Part shown: positions 43,970 through 53,882 of the stretch, in pieces | Layout: the number at the start of each line of letters is the position of its first letter | How positions within the stretch are numbered: position 1 is the first letter of the stretch | NCBI GenBank assembly: GCA_964349675.1 | Contig: CAYGHD010000002.1 | Coordinates: 4,012-68,011 of the forward strand | Reading direction: 5' to 3' | Source of the DNA: an uncultured Candidatus Saccharibacteria bacterium | GTDB taxonomy: Bacteria; Patescibacteriota; Minisyncoccia; Phycocordibacterales; SBAW01 | Length of the DNA: 64,000 nt | Position numbers and translations under genes: made by a program | Notes under the pieces: model-generated | Databases searched by the model: none | What the model was told of the DNA's origin: nothing | What the model saw: the letters and a program-made list of their open reading frames with translations, nothing else

Positions 43970-44826
43970 CCAAGATACTGCGCATAATCCATCTCACTCT
44001 TTCCTTCAGGGATAACGCGGATAATAACCAACTTTCCGTCTTCAATAGACGCATCCGTCACAATAAGTCGCGTATTGTTGTGGAAAAAGTGCGCACGGGG
44101 GCTTTTGTCGAACGCGCGGATTTTGAGCAGCTCAGCGCGCGGGTCGCCCAAGGGGTCAATAAGTGCATCTTCTGAAGAAAATTTTTTGGTGTATGTGGCA
44201 GCAATCTCATTCTGTGGTTCTGCAGGTATCTCGCCAGAAATCCAGGGTTCAAGGGTCTCCGCCAGCAGGGTGCCTCCTTCTGCAGCTAAAAATGTTTCAA
44301 ACGCGCTGCCTTTTGGAGGCCAGCCGCCTTCTCCCGTATCTTCATCCACCTCAATCCGTGCTTGGGCAACAATGGGTCCGGCATCCATTTTTTCGGTGAG
44401 CTGCATAATCGTTACCCCGGTAGTGCGCTCATCTGCCAATATGGCAGAGAGTACCGGGGATGGTCCGCGGAACTTCGGTAAGAGTGATGGGTGTACGTTG
44501 AGCGTGCCGCGTCGCGGCAGATCAAGAATATGTTTTGGGATCAGTTTGCCGTACATGGCCACCACAAACACATCCCAGTCTGTGTTTTCTATCGCAGCAA
44601 GAAAGTCGGCATCTGCAAGCGTTTCGGGTGTGCACACATCAATCCCTTGTTTTTCACCCCATGCTTTTGCGGGGGAGGGTGTGGTCACCAGGCCGCGGCC
44701 TTTTGGTTTGTCTGGCGCGGTGACGATGAGCGCCGGCTTGTAGCCGCGCGCATACAGCGCTTCAAGCACGGTGACCGAAAGATCGGGGGTGCCAAAGAAT
44801 ACAAAGAGTGGTTTTTTTACGCTCAT
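43966..44826 (-). CDS. fmt: Methionyl-tRNA formyltransferase
   Basis: FFGTPDLSV N-terminus, the HPSLLPKFRG catalytic region and a C-terminal domain. Confidence 0.9.
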   Translation of the reverse strand: MSVKKPLFVFFGTPDLSVTVLEALYARGYKPALIVTAPDKPKGRGLVTTPSPAKAWGEKQGIDVCTPETLADADFLAAIENTDWDVFVVAMYGKLIPKHILDLPRRGTLNVHPSLLPKFRGPSPVLSAILADERTTGVTIMQLTEKMDAGPIVAQARIEVDEDTGEGGWPPKGSAFETFLAAEGGTLLAETLEPWISGEIPAEPQNEIAATYTKKFSSEDALIDPLGDPRAELLKIRAFDKSPRAHFFHNNTRLIVTDASIEDGKLVIIRVIPEGKSEMDYAQYLG

Positions 44827-44829
44827 AGG

Positions 44830-45342
44830 TTATATCGCCTGGTCGTCATGCAGCTCGACTGTTTTGTCAGTGTAGAGGATACCTTCCAAATGGTCATACT
44901 CATGCTGGAAGATATGCGCCAGCAACCCAGAGCCTTGATACGTAAAATAATTGCCAGCACTATCTTGCGCGCGGACGGACGCTTTTTCGTGCCGAGATAC
45001 GCTGCCGTATTTGCCGCGCACCGACAAACAGCCTTCAGCTAAATCCTTCTTCTTTTTTGAAAGGCGCATGATCTCTGGGTTGATGAATATCTTGTTTGGT
45101 ACTGCAGGCTGCTCCTCGTTTTTCTTGGAGGTCTCAAATGCTTTGTTGGCGACCACAAAGATGCGTTTTGATACACCAATTTGCGGCGCAGCAATGGCGA
45201 CGCCAAATTTTTCTTTTGCGAGCGCGCGCTCCATTTTTCGGATAATCGCAATAAGCGCTTTTGAACCAAACTCGGCTTGGGTTACTGGCGCAGCTTTTTT
45301 GCGCAGCACCGGAGCGCCCGTCTGGACAATAAGGTCTTTCAT
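44830..45342 (-). CDS. def: Peptide deformylase
   Basis: GVAIAAPQIG, EGCLSV and QHEYDHLEG metal-binding motifs. The fmt-def pair is conserved. Confidence 0.85.
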   Translation of the reverse strand: MKDLIVQTGAPVLRKKAAPVTQAEFGSKALIAIIRKMERALAKEKFGVAIAAPQIGVSKRIFVVANKAFETSKKNEEQPAVPNKIFINPEIMRLSKKKKDLAEGCLSVRGKYGSVSRHEKASVRAQDSAGNYFTYQGSGLLAHIFQHEYDHLEGILYTDKTVELHDDQAI

Positions 45343-45661
45343 GTTCCTACAAAATACGCTGTTTTTGCCAAAAAAGAAAGGTCGGGGAGGGTTTGCTATA
45401 CTGATTGGGACATGAAGCACATAAGCGCGCATAGTATTTCCGCCGCAGAGAAAAAAAGCCGCGCAACCGAGCGCGGTGAGCTGATGGAATATTTTCTTAA
45501 AAAACTCAATCAAGCACGGGTGCAAGATGGTTTGGCGCCGATGACCATGGGGCGCATCGCCCGGCTGCTGATGGCGACTCCGACCAAAGATCTATACTAT
45601 CTGCAAACAGTCTGCGACCGAGCGCCGCATTTTTCAAAAAAGTTTTGGTGGGAGGTAAATC

Positions 45662-46981
45662 CTAAGAAGCATGATCCTCAAACACAGCAACTGACGCCCC
45701 CAAAGAAGAGAGTTTGGAAGCAAGCCCCTCGTAGCCTCGATTAATACTATATATATTGCGCAATATCGACGTACCTGGCGCCGCAAGCATTGCAATGAGC
45801 AGTATGGTTGCGGGGCGGAGTGCTGGCGGGCAGGTTAAGTCGCCTGCATGAAGTGGCGTTTTACCGGTCACAAAGATGCGGTGCGGGTCGGCAAGGAGCG
45901 TCTGTCCGCCCAGTTTATCGAGTTCGGTAAAGTACAGTGCGCGTTTTTCATATGCCCAGTCGTGTATGAGCGTTGTGCCCTCTGCTTGTGTTGCAATGAC
46001 TGCAAAAAATGGCAAGTTGTCGATGTTGAGCCCAGGGTAGGGGCGTCCGTAGAGTTTTTCGGGGCTGGCAACCAACGCGCTTGGCAGTGTTTCAATATCA
46101 GCCAAGGCGACGTGGCCATCTTCGCTTGTGTAGCGTTTAAGGAGTTTGTACTGAAAGCCCATTTTTTCGAGCTTGAGCAACTCGAGCTCCAAAAAGTTGA
46201 TAGGGCAGCGCTCAATGGTGATTTGAGATTGGGTGACGATCGCTGCTGCCAAAAAAAACATCGCATCAGTCGGGTCTTCGTGTATCGTAAACGTGATGTC
46301 TTGATTGATATCTTTTTTGCCGCGTACCACGAGCGTTGTAGTACCGACGCCCTCTATCGAAACACCGAGTGCTTGGAGAAAAAAGCATGCGTCCTGCACT
46401 TGGTAGTTTGCCGACGCGTATTTAATGGTGCTCTCACCGTCGATGCCCGCTGCAGCCAAAAGCGCGTTGATGGTTGCTGTGTCGCCCGACTCATACATAA
46501 TGACTTCGCTTGGCACAAGGCCTTTGTGCGATACTTCCCAGAAATTGTCTGTTGTCTCAATGTTGACGCCAAATTTTTCAAGCGCATAGAGGTGCGGGCG
46601 TACCGTGCGGCTCCCCAGTTTGCATCCACCTGCCTGCGGCAGTTTAAAAGCGTTCATGCGATGGATGAGCGCGCCGGTAAACATCAAAATGCTACGTGTT
46701 TTTTCTGCAGCGATTTTGTCTATGGTGGTGAGGTCGATGGTTTGAGGCGGGGTAATGACCACGTCGCCGCCCTGCCAAACTACCGACACGCCGACGCTCT
46801 GCAGCACTTCGATGATGCGGTTCACTTCTTCAATCTTTGGCATGTGTTTGAGCGTCGTAGTGCCGCGGTTGATGAACGACGCGCATAAAAGTGCAACCGC
46901 ACCGTTTTTTGATGAATTTATCTCTATGGTGCCATGGAGCTGCTTGCCGCCCTCGATGCGGAAGTTGAGTGTTGGTTTCAT
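45662..46981 (-). CDS. murA: UDP-N-acetylglucosamine 1-carboxyvinyltransferase
   Basis: EPSP-synthase fold collinear with MurA (KNGAVALL...). Confidence 0.9.
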   Translation of the reverse strand: MKPTLNFRIEGGKQLHGTIEINSSKNGAVALLCASFINRGTTTLKHMPKIEEVNRIIEVLQSVGVSVVWQGGDVVITPPQTIDLTTIDKIAAEKTRSILMFTGALIHRMNAFKLPQAGGCKLGSRTVRPHLYALEKFGVNIETTDNFWEVSHKGLVPSEVIMYESGDTATINALLAAAGIDGESTIKYASANYQVQDACFFLQALGVSIEGVGTTTLVVRGKKDINQDITFTIHEDPTDAMFFLAAAIVTQSQITIERCPINFLELELLKLEKMGFQYKLLKRYTSEDGHVALADIETLPSALVASPEKLYGRPYPGLNIDNLPFFAVIATQAEGTTLIHDWAYEKRALYFTELDKLGGQTLLADPHRIFVTGKTPLHAGDLTCPPALRPATILLIAMLAAPGTSILRNIYSINRGYEGLASKLSSLGASVAVFEDHAS

Positions 46982-47041
46982 ACCTCTCCAGGGTAGCACA
47001 GATGAGCAATAGTTTGAAAAAGGGGAGAAACCACAGTACCA

Positions 47042-48064
47042 TTGCTAGTAATGGGATTTTTCACTCCGAAGTTGGGGATAGATTTAGGAACGGCAAACAC
47101 CCTGGTGTTTGTACCGGGCCGTGGAGTGGTGCTTAACGAGCCTTCAGTGGTCGCAATTTCTGAAATTGATAAGCGTATTCTGGCAGTCGGTGCCGAAGCA
47201 AAAGAGATGATCGGCCGCACTCCGGGCGAGATAATCGCATACCGCCCGCTCAAAGACGGAGTCATTGCAGACTATCGTGTAACGCAAGCGATGCTCCGCT
47301 ACTTCATCAGCAAGGCGCTGCCAAAATTTCAACTCTTTAAACCAGAGGTTATGGTGTCGGTACCAACCGGAGTTACGTCGACCGAGCGAAGAGCGGTAGT
47401 TGAAGCTGCCATTCGTGCCGGCGCGCGCAATGCCTATGTGGTGAAGGAGTCTATTTTAGCGGCCATCGGTGCGGGGATTCCCATACAAGAGCCCCGCGGA
47501 AATATGGTGGTTGATATTGGTGGTGGCACGGCGGATGTTGCGGTTATATCGCTTGGCGGCATCGTCGCTTCCACAAGCGTTAAATGCGGGGGAGATCGGC
47601 TGGACCATGCTATCGCCGACTATATAAAGAAGACCTATAACTTAGGTATCGGAGAAAAAACCGCTGAGAGTGTAAAAATTGCTGTGGGCTCGGCCGTGCC
47701 CCTGGAGGAGGAGTTGGTGACCACGGTGCGCGGGCGCGATTTCATCACCGGACTTCCGCGCTCTGTTGATTTAAAAACAAACGATATTGTTAAAGCGATG
47801 GGTAAGGAGTTGCGCGAGATAATCAAAGCTATTCGCGATGTGCTGCAAGAGACCCCACCCGAGTTGGCGAGTGACATTATCGACCGTGGCATCACCATGA
47901 CCGGCGGCACCTCGATGCTTCGCCATTTTCCAGAATTAGTACTGCGCCGCACGGGCGTAAAGGCTCGTGTCGCTGAAGACCCGCTCTACTGTGTCGCGCG
48001 CGGCACTGGCATTGCGCTGGAACATTTGGATACCTACAAAAAAGCGATTATCGCAAAACGCTAA
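47042..48064 (+). CDS. mreB: Rod-shape-determining actin homolog MreB (paralog 1)
   Basis: GIDLGTANTLV phosphate-1 motif, DIGGGTADVAV, and adenosine motifs. Confidence 0.85.
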   Translation: MLVMGFFTPKLGIDLGTANTLVFVPGRGVVLNEPSVVAISEIDKRILAVGAEAKEMIGRTPGEIIAYRPLKDGVIADYRVTQAMLRYFISKALPKFQLFKPEVMVSVPTGVTSTERRAVVEAAIRAGARNAYVVKESILAAIGAGIPIQEPRGNMVVDIGGGTADVAVISLGGIVASTSVKCGGDRLDHAIADYIKKTYNLGIGEKTAESVKIAVGSAVPLEEELVTTVRGRDFITGLPRSVDLKTNDIVKAMGKELREIIKAIRDVLQETPPELASDIIDRGITMTGGTSMLRHFPELVLRRTGVKARVAEDPLYCVARGTGIALEHLDTYKKAIIAKR

Positions 48065-48068
48065 GGCT

Positions 48069-48731
48069 ATGGAGCAGCATCATGCATATTTGTACGAAGG
48101 CCCACTGTCGGTTTTTGAGCCTCTGGTTGCTGACGCAAGGGCGCGCTTTGCTAACGGTGCGCTCGCAGACAGTTTGTCGGTGTACGCGCGCGTATGGGAC
48201 AAATTTGGCATTGATGAGTCCCGTGAACTTGGGAGCGCTGCATCGCTGCGCGCTGTGGGCGGCGCGCAGGTGTTTATTGTCGGGGTGGGGAGTATCACCG
48301 CTGAGGCACAGCAAGCACTGCTGAAGTTGCTCGAGGAGCCGCATGCCGGTGTCGTATTTATTTTTTTAGTGGGGCATGGTGCATTGTTGCCTACGCTGCG
48401 CTCTCGGTTTGCTGCGTACCCAACGGCACTCAGAGCTGAGGATTCCTCCCGCACGGACGCGGCTCATTTTTTGTCGCTGCCGTACAAGCAGCGCAGTGAC
48501 TGGATTGCTGCATTTTTAAAAGATGAAGAAGGGGTGCATGAGCGGGTGCGCGTCTTTGTACAGGATCTCGAAGAGATGCTCTATACAAGACTTACGATGG
48601 GCACACAACCGAGCGCCTCTTTGTACGAGGCTCTAGAATCTGTGACAGCGATACGTCCGTATCTATCTGACCGAGCGCCCTCGTTGAAGATGATACTCGA
48701 GCACTTTGCTGCGACGCTCCCAAAACTCTAG
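48069..48731 (+). CDS. DNA polymerase III delta-prime-like clamp-loader subunit lacking the N-terminal P-loop region
   Basis: ALLKLLEEP...VFIFL...LLPTLRSR matches the sensor-1/SRC region of HolB/RFC-like proteins. There is no Walker A motif. Confidence 0.45.
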   Translation: MEQHHAYLYEGPLSVFEPLVADARARFANGALADSLSVYARVWDKFGIDESRELGSAASLRAVGGAQVFIVGVGSITAEAQQALLKLLEEPHAGVVFIFLVGHGALLPTLRSRFAAYPTALRAEDSSRTDAAHFLSLPYKQRSDWIAAFLKDEEGVHERVRVFVQDLEEMLYTRLTMGTQPSASLYEALESVTAIRPYLSDRAPSLKMILEHFAATLPKL

Positions 48732-48746
48732 TTCAACTATAGAAGC

Positions 48747-49424
48747 ATGACTCCCGCACAGCAAAAAGAAAGGAAAAGTCGTTTAGCAAAGCTCGATCGG
48801 GTGCTTAAAAAACTCTATCCCGATGCAACGATAGAGCTTTCCTACAACAGCCCCTGGGAGCTTTTGGTCGCGGTGCAACTCTCGGCACAGTCGACCGACA
48901 AGGGGGTAAATAAAATCACTGAAAAATTGTTTAAAAAATATACGACGGTAGGTGCATATGTGCAGGCGGGTAAAACAAAAAAAGGAGTGCGCGCCTTTGA
49001 GAGAGATATATTTGCTTCTGGATTTTATCGTGCAAAAACAAAAAACATCCTAGGTGCTGCAAAAATGATACACGAGCAGTTTGGAGGCGAGGTGCCTCGT
49101 ACGATGCAAGCGATGCTCACTCTCCCGGGTGTTGCGCGCAAAACCGCAACAGTCGTTTTAAAAGAAGCATATGGGGTTGTTGCGGGCATTACCGTCGATA
49201 CGCACGTCATACGGTTTGCCCAGCGGTTTGACCTCTCTGACTATACAGACGCAGTGCGGATAGAAAAAGATCTAATGCTTTTGGTACCAAAAAAAGAGTG
49301 GGGGCATATCACGCATCGGATTATCCACTATGGCCGCTACCTAGCCCCGGCTCGCCCCTATGACACAATGCATGATCCGTTGGTTAAAATATACCCACCT
49401 GCAGCAAAGCGGTTTCGTGTATAA
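48747..49424 (+). CDS. nth: Endonuclease III-like HhH-GPD DNA glycosylase (no C-terminal Fe-S cysteine cluster)
   Basis: PWELLVAVQLSAQSTDKGVNKIT, the HhH (LPGVARKTATVVL) and the catalytic Asp region. Confidence 0.7.
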   Translation: MTPAQQKERKSRLAKLDRVLKKLYPDATIELSYNSPWELLVAVQLSAQSTDKGVNKITEKLFKKYTTVGAYVQAGKTKKGVRAFERDIFASGFYRAKTKNILGAAKMIHEQFGGEVPRTMQAMLTLPGVARKTATVVLKEAYGVVAGITVDTHVIRFAQRFDLSDYTDAVRIEKDLMLLVPKKEWGHITHRIIHYGRYLAPARPYDTMHDPLVKIYPPAAKRFRV

Positions 49425-49431
49425 TGGGCCT

Positions 49432-49983
49432 ATGGCGTACGATTTTAAACCGTTTGACAAGCGTATTGCAGAGATTACTGACAGGCTCACAAAAGAGCTG
49501 GGGAGTGTGCGCACCGGCAGGGCAGCACCTGCCATACTTGATGCTGTCCAAGTAGAGAGTTACGGTACCCGCATGGCGCTTAATCAAGTAGCAAGCATGT
49601 CGGTTGAGGATGCCCGCACCCTGCGGGTAGTGCCCTGGGATATGAGCTTGGCTAAAGATATTGAAAAGGCGATTACTGTGGCAAATCTAGGCCTCTCCGT
49701 TGGTGTTGATGAAAAAGGCGTGCGTATATTTTTTCCCGAGCTGACCGCAGAGCGCCGCACGTCGCTGGTCAAACTCGCAAAAGAAAAAGTAGAGGAAGCC
49801 CGCACACTGCTGCGTTTGGCTCGCGACGAAGTGTGGACAGATATCCAAAAGCAGGAACGCGAGGGCGCCATGTCAGAGGACGACAAGTTCCGCTCAAAAG
49901 ATGATATGCAAAAAAAAGTAGATGCGGCAAATAAATCTTTTGATGGGCTCTTTACTCGCAAGGAAACAGAGCTTATCGGATAA
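49432..49983 (+). CDS. frr: Ribosome recycling factor
   Basis: Collinear with RRF (RTGRAAPAILD...). Confidence 0.9.
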   Translation: MAYDFKPFDKRIAEITDRLTKELGSVRTGRAAPAILDAVQVESYGTRMALNQVASMSVEDARTLRVVPWDMSLAKDIEKAITVANLGLSVGVDEKGVRIFFPELTAERRTSLVKLAKEKVEEARTLLRLARDEVWTDIQKQEREGAMSEDDKFRSKDDMQKKVDAANKSFDGLFTRKETELIG

Positions 49984-49986
49984 TCT

Positions 49987-51105
49987 ATGACCTTTCTCCT
50001 TTTTATCTTGTTGCTCGTGGTGCTCATTTTAGTGCATGAGTTTGGACATTTTATTGTTGCAAAAGCATTTGGGATAAAAGTAGAGGAGTTTGGCATTTTC
50101 TTTCCGCCACGCATAGCTTCAGTGCAGTGGGGCGAGACAGTTTACTCGCTCAACTGGCTTCCGTTTGGCGGATTTGTAAAAATATTTGGCGAGAGCGTGC
50201 AGGACGAAAACAAGGAAGCGGCAAAAGATCCTCGCAGTTTTGTGCATCAGCCGAGGTTGGTGCAAGCGGCTGTGGTCGTCGCGGGTATTTGTTTTAACCT
50301 ACTGTTTGCGTGGCTGGCGTTATCTGCAGGATACATGGTTGGTATGCAGACCTCTGCCGATCATAAAGGATTTGGCCAAGTAACCGAGGTGCACACCACC
50401 ATCGTTGGTGTGCTGCCGGAGGGCCCTGCAGACAAAGCAGGAATTATGGCAGAAGACCGCGTGCTTGCTATACGCACCGGCACCGCCGAGCTTGCGCCGC
50501 CGATACAGGCAGACAGCGTGCAAAAGTTTATCCGCGCACATCAGGAGGAAAGTATGCTGCTGACCGTTGAGCGTCCACTTAAAGATGGTGGCCGGGAAGA
50601 GAAGATATTTTTAGCAAAACCAGCAGAGGGTATTGCCTCTGATGCAAAAGTTATTGGTATCGAGCTTGATGATGTGGGGCTGCTTACACTTCCGCCACAC
50701 ACCGCGCTGTTGCAAGGGGCGCTGCTGACAAAAGACCTTACTGTTGCTGTTGCAGAGGGGCTTGGAAGCTTTTTTTACCGGACCGTGACGGGGGCGGGGA
50801 GTTGGGCTGGCGTGGCTGGGCCGATTGGCATTGTGGGTATTGGAGCAGGTGCGGTTGAAGACGGTTTGCTTGCAACAATTATGCTTGTATCCCTTATCTC
50901 TATTAATCTCGCAGTCATTAATCTGTTGCCGGTACCAGGGCTCGACGGCGGCAGACTTCTTTTTATTAGTATTGAAAGCATATTGCGTCGGCCGCTGTCG
51001 GAAAAATTGTCGCTACGGCTGACTATTTTTGGGTTTGCGCTTTTGCTGTTGGCGATGGCGGTTGTATCGTTCCACGATATCGCGAGACTCATCAAGATTG
51101 TATAA
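49987..51105 (+). CDS. rseP: RIP metalloprotease RseP (site-2 protease) with PDZ domain
   Basis: HEFGHF zinc motif in TM1, a PDZ domain and C-terminal LDGG motif. Confidence 0.85.
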   Translation: MTFLLFILLLVVLILVHEFGHFIVAKAFGIKVEEFGIFFPPRIASVQWGETVYSLNWLPFGGFVKIFGESVQDENKEAAKDPRSFVHQPRLVQAAVVVAGICFNLLFAWLALSAGYMVGMQTSADHKGFGQVTEVHTTIVGVLPEGPADKAGIMAEDRVLAIRTGTAELAPPIQADSVQKFIRAHQEESMLLTVERPLKDGGREEKIFLAKPAEGIASDAKVIGIELDDVGLLTLPPHTALLQGALLTKDLTVAVAEGLGSFFYRTVTGAGSWAGVAGPIGIVGIGAGAVEDGLLATIMLVSLISINLAVINLLPVPGLDGGRLLFISIESILRRPLSEKLSLRLTIFGFALLLLAMAVVSFHDIARLIKIV

Positions 51106-51149
51106 AAAATATACCCTGCACATGTTGTTGTGCAGGGTGTCCTTGTGTC

Positions 51150-51851
51150 CTAGTTTTTTGGGATGCGGTAGTCGATTGTTTTGCCGTTGCGGGACAGTAC
51201 ACAGTCCCGGCCGCTCCGGCTCTCCAATCGCCAGCCTTCAGAGAGGAGTTTTTTAAGATACGCCTCCGTGTCTTTTGGTTTCTTTTGCCGGAGTTTGCGC
51301 ATTCCAGTGTCCCGGATATCTGGCCGGAGGTCATCCATCCGCAACAGCGCTGACCGGTGTTCCACGGGGAGGGGCGGCACAATGGGGATGAACACTACTT
51401 CTCCCACAAGCGGCCTCGGTACGATGAAGCGCGTCTGGGTTGGAGGTAGCTCATAGGTGCTCACCCGCTCGTGCACCACTAGGGTGTGGGATGGCGCTGC
51501 TGCGTCGGTGTCCAGCAGCTTTCCAAAAAAATGCGTCTGCTGTTTTCTCTGGTTGTGTCGGCTATAGAGTTCGAGCTTCAGCAGCTGTGATTGCCCTATG
51601 TACGTGTCGGGCTCTCGGGTGATGATGTGAAGTCCCAGTGACCCTCCTTGCAGCGGCCGCTGGACGCGGATGGTGGTGGGCTGGCTCGGGTCCCTCCTCA
51701 GTAAGATTTGAGCGAACTCTGGCACTGTAATGCGGATAATCGCCGTGAAAAGCAAGGTGTCAATCTCTTCTGACGCGAGCAAGTCAGACGTTTCTCCATA
51801 AAGTACGTTCATGCTGGATACTCCCGTGTGCTGCTGCGCGGTTTGTACCAT
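51150..51851 (-). CDS. Hypothetical protein
   Basis: ORF only. Faint PilZ-like and HicA-like resemblances are not supportable. Confidence 0.25.
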   Translation of the reverse strand: MVQTAQQHTGVSSMNVLYGETSDLLASEEIDTLLFTAIIRITVPEFAQILLRRDPSQPTTIRVQRPLQGGSLGLHIITREPDTYIGQSQLLKLELYSRHNQRKQQTHFFGKLLDTDAAAPSHTLVVHERVSTYELPPTQTRFIVPRPLVGEVVFIPIVPPLPVEHRSALLRMDDLRPDIRDTGMRKLRQKKPKDTEAYLKKLLSEGWRLESRSGRDCVLSRNGKTIDYRIPKN

Positions 51852-51961
51852 TTTATATAGAGAGAGTCAATGTTCTGCGTAGTATGGGTCAGGTCTGAAA
51901 TATAAAAAATCAGGCCCGCATCACACTGGATGAGGGCCTGCGACTCAAGAAGAGTCTGAAG

Positions 51962-52462
51962 TTACTTCGGTATCACCTTCCCGTTGTTGGGGCCGCCCAC
52001 TTTCATTCTTGGCGGCAGGATGATGATACGGCCATTGAGGGGAGGGGGTGTTTCAAAGACCACCGAATCCCCCGGCAGTATCGAACCGTCGATACTGCTT
52101 TCCGTCACCACCCGGTGCGTGACCGGCGTGCTCGACTCCACCGGAATGAAGTCGAGGTAGAGGTACTCCCGGCCATCCTCCAGCGTCTTTTTCATCACGT
52201 GCAACTGTGCTGTGATGATTGTTTTGCTGGCGAGGGCATCCTGACTTAGGTGCGTATTTATGTGCGCGAAGCAGTTGACGCGTCCGCCTCGTACAGTGAG
52301 CGGAAACATCAGGAAGAGGATGCACGTTTCCCCGTCCTCATAGGCGCCTATTTTGGCGCCTTGCGGTATCCGCGTGCGGACGATGCCGCCCGACCACAAA
52401 CACACACGCTCAGTGACGGCTGCACGTGTTGAGGCTGCATGAGCAGCATCTATGCTCAACAT
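51962..52462 (-). CDS. Hypothetical protein
   Basis: ORF only. Confidence 0.25.
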   Translation of the reverse strand: MLSIDAAHAASTRAAVTERVCLWSGGIVRTRIPQGAKIGAYEDGETCILFLMFPLTVRGGRVNCFAHINTHLSQDALASKTIITAQLHVMKKTLEDGREYLYLDFIPVESSTPVTHRVVTESSIDGSILPGDSVVFETPPPLNGRIIILPPRMKVGGPNNGKVIPK

Positions 52463-52604
52463 GGCTTACTCCCATTTTTGAAAGGGCGAAACTACCCTCG
52501 CAGTTTATATCATATAATCATATATATGTCAACAGACGCTGCTTGGCCTACTACATGTTCTAGCCTGCTTTGCCTGCAAGGCTGTTTCCTCGTACAATGG
52601 CAGT

Positions 52605-53882
52605 ATGAAAGGACTACAATCGTCACAAAAGCAGTCGAAGCTCTTTACTAAGACGCGCCGCGAGGCGCCCAAGGACGAAGTGTCTAAAAACGCGCAGTTG
52701 CTCATCCGCGCAGGGTATGTCCATAAAGAAATGGCAGGCGTGTACGCATATTTGCCGCTCGGGTTGCGCGTAGTCGAGAATATTAAACAGATTGTACGCG
52801 AAGAAATGCACGCCATTGGCGGGCAGGAAATCATTATGACCGCGCTGCAGCGCAAAGAGCTGTGGGAGAAAACAAGACGCTGGGATGACAAAGTTGTGGA
52901 CGTGTGGTTCAAATCAGAGCTCAAAGCGGGTGGGGAGGTTGGGTTTGGTTGGTCGCATGAGGAGCCTATCGCAGACATGATGCGCAACTATGTTTCAAGT
53001 TTTAGAGACTTGCCTATTGTGGTGTATCAATTTCAAACAAAATTGCGCAACGAGCTGCGCGCAAAGTCGGGTATTATGCGCGGCAAAGAGTTTGTGATGA
53101 AAGATGCGTACTCTTTTTCTTTAGGAGAAGAAGATCATACGATGTTCTACAACCAATCGATAGATGCCTACAAGCGTGTGTTTGATCGTGTAGGTGTCGG
53201 CGAAGATACGTTTGTCACCTTTGCGTCGGGCGGGGCATTTACGCAATTTAGCCATGAGTTCCAAACGATTGTTGATACGGGAGAAGATGTGACGTATATC
53301 AACAGAGAAAAAAATATTGCGATTAACGAAGAGGTACTCAATGACGAAACGCTCAAGACACTGGGGGTTACTCGCGACGAGCTGCAAGAAGTAAAAACAG
53401 CAGAAGTCGGGAATATCTTTAACTTTGGCGTGCAAAAATCTGAGGATTTAGGGCTGACCTACAAAAACGACAAAGGAGAGGACGTGCCGGTGTGGATGGG
53501 CTCATACGGCATCGGCATCACGCGTTTGATGGGGCTCTTGGTAGAAAAATTTGCAGATGATAAAGGCATTGTTTGGCCAGAGGCAGTCGCGCCATTTCGG
53601 GTGCACTTGGTCGAGTTGGGGGGCGCCGATAATGAGGACGTGCACACCGAGGCAGAAGAATTGTACCGCGAGCTCAGCGAGGCGGGTATTTCGGTGCTGT
53701 GGGACGACCGAGACGTGCGCCCAGGAGAAAAATTTGCAGACAGCGACCTACTTGGGCTACCGTTGCGCGTTGTAGTGTCAGAAAAGACGCTCGCTGCAGG
53801 TAAGTTTGAATGCGTACAGCGCCGCAGCGGAAAAACAGAGCATAAAAGCATATCAGAGTTGATCGGCTACCTTACTGCATGA
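52605..53882 (+). CDS. proS: Proline--tRNA ligase, short bacterial type without INS editing domain
   Basis: N-terminal SKLFTKTRREAP...SHQLLIRAGY-like region, class II motifs and a C-terminal anticodon-binding domain. 425 aa. Confidence 0.85.
   Translation: MKGLQSSQKQSKLFTKTRREAPKDEVSKNAQLLIRAGYVHKEMAGVYAYLPLGLRVVENIKQIVREEMHAIGGQEIIMTALQRKELWEKTRRWDDKVVDVWFKSELKAGGEVGFGWSHEEPIADMMRNYVSSFRDLPIVVYQFQTKLRNELRAKSGIMRGKEFVMKDAYSFSLGEEDHTMFYNQSIDAYKRVFDRVGVGEDTFVTFASGGAFTQFSHEFQTIVDTGEDVTYINREKNIAINEEVLNDETLKTLGVTRDELQEVKTAEVGNIFNFGVQKSEDLGLTYKNDKGEDVPVWMGSYGIGITRLMGLLVEKFADDKGIVWPEAVAPFRVHLVELGGADNEDVHTEAEELYRELSEAGISVLWDDRDVRPGEKFADSDLLGLPLRVVVSEKTLAAGKFECVQRRSGKTEHKSISELIGYLTA

Noticed and set aside
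45848-46888. 346-aa plus-strand ORF opposite murA
   Set aside because: It is the antisense shadow of murA. MurA homology on the minus strand is unambiguous.
51150-51260. C-terminal ~35 aa of ORF 51150..51851 resembling a HicA-like toxin segment (KKLLSEGWRLESRSGRDCVLSRNG.TIDYRIPK)
   Set aside because: The resemblance is short and not supported by a partner HicB-like gene or by the rest of the protein. It is left as hypothetical.
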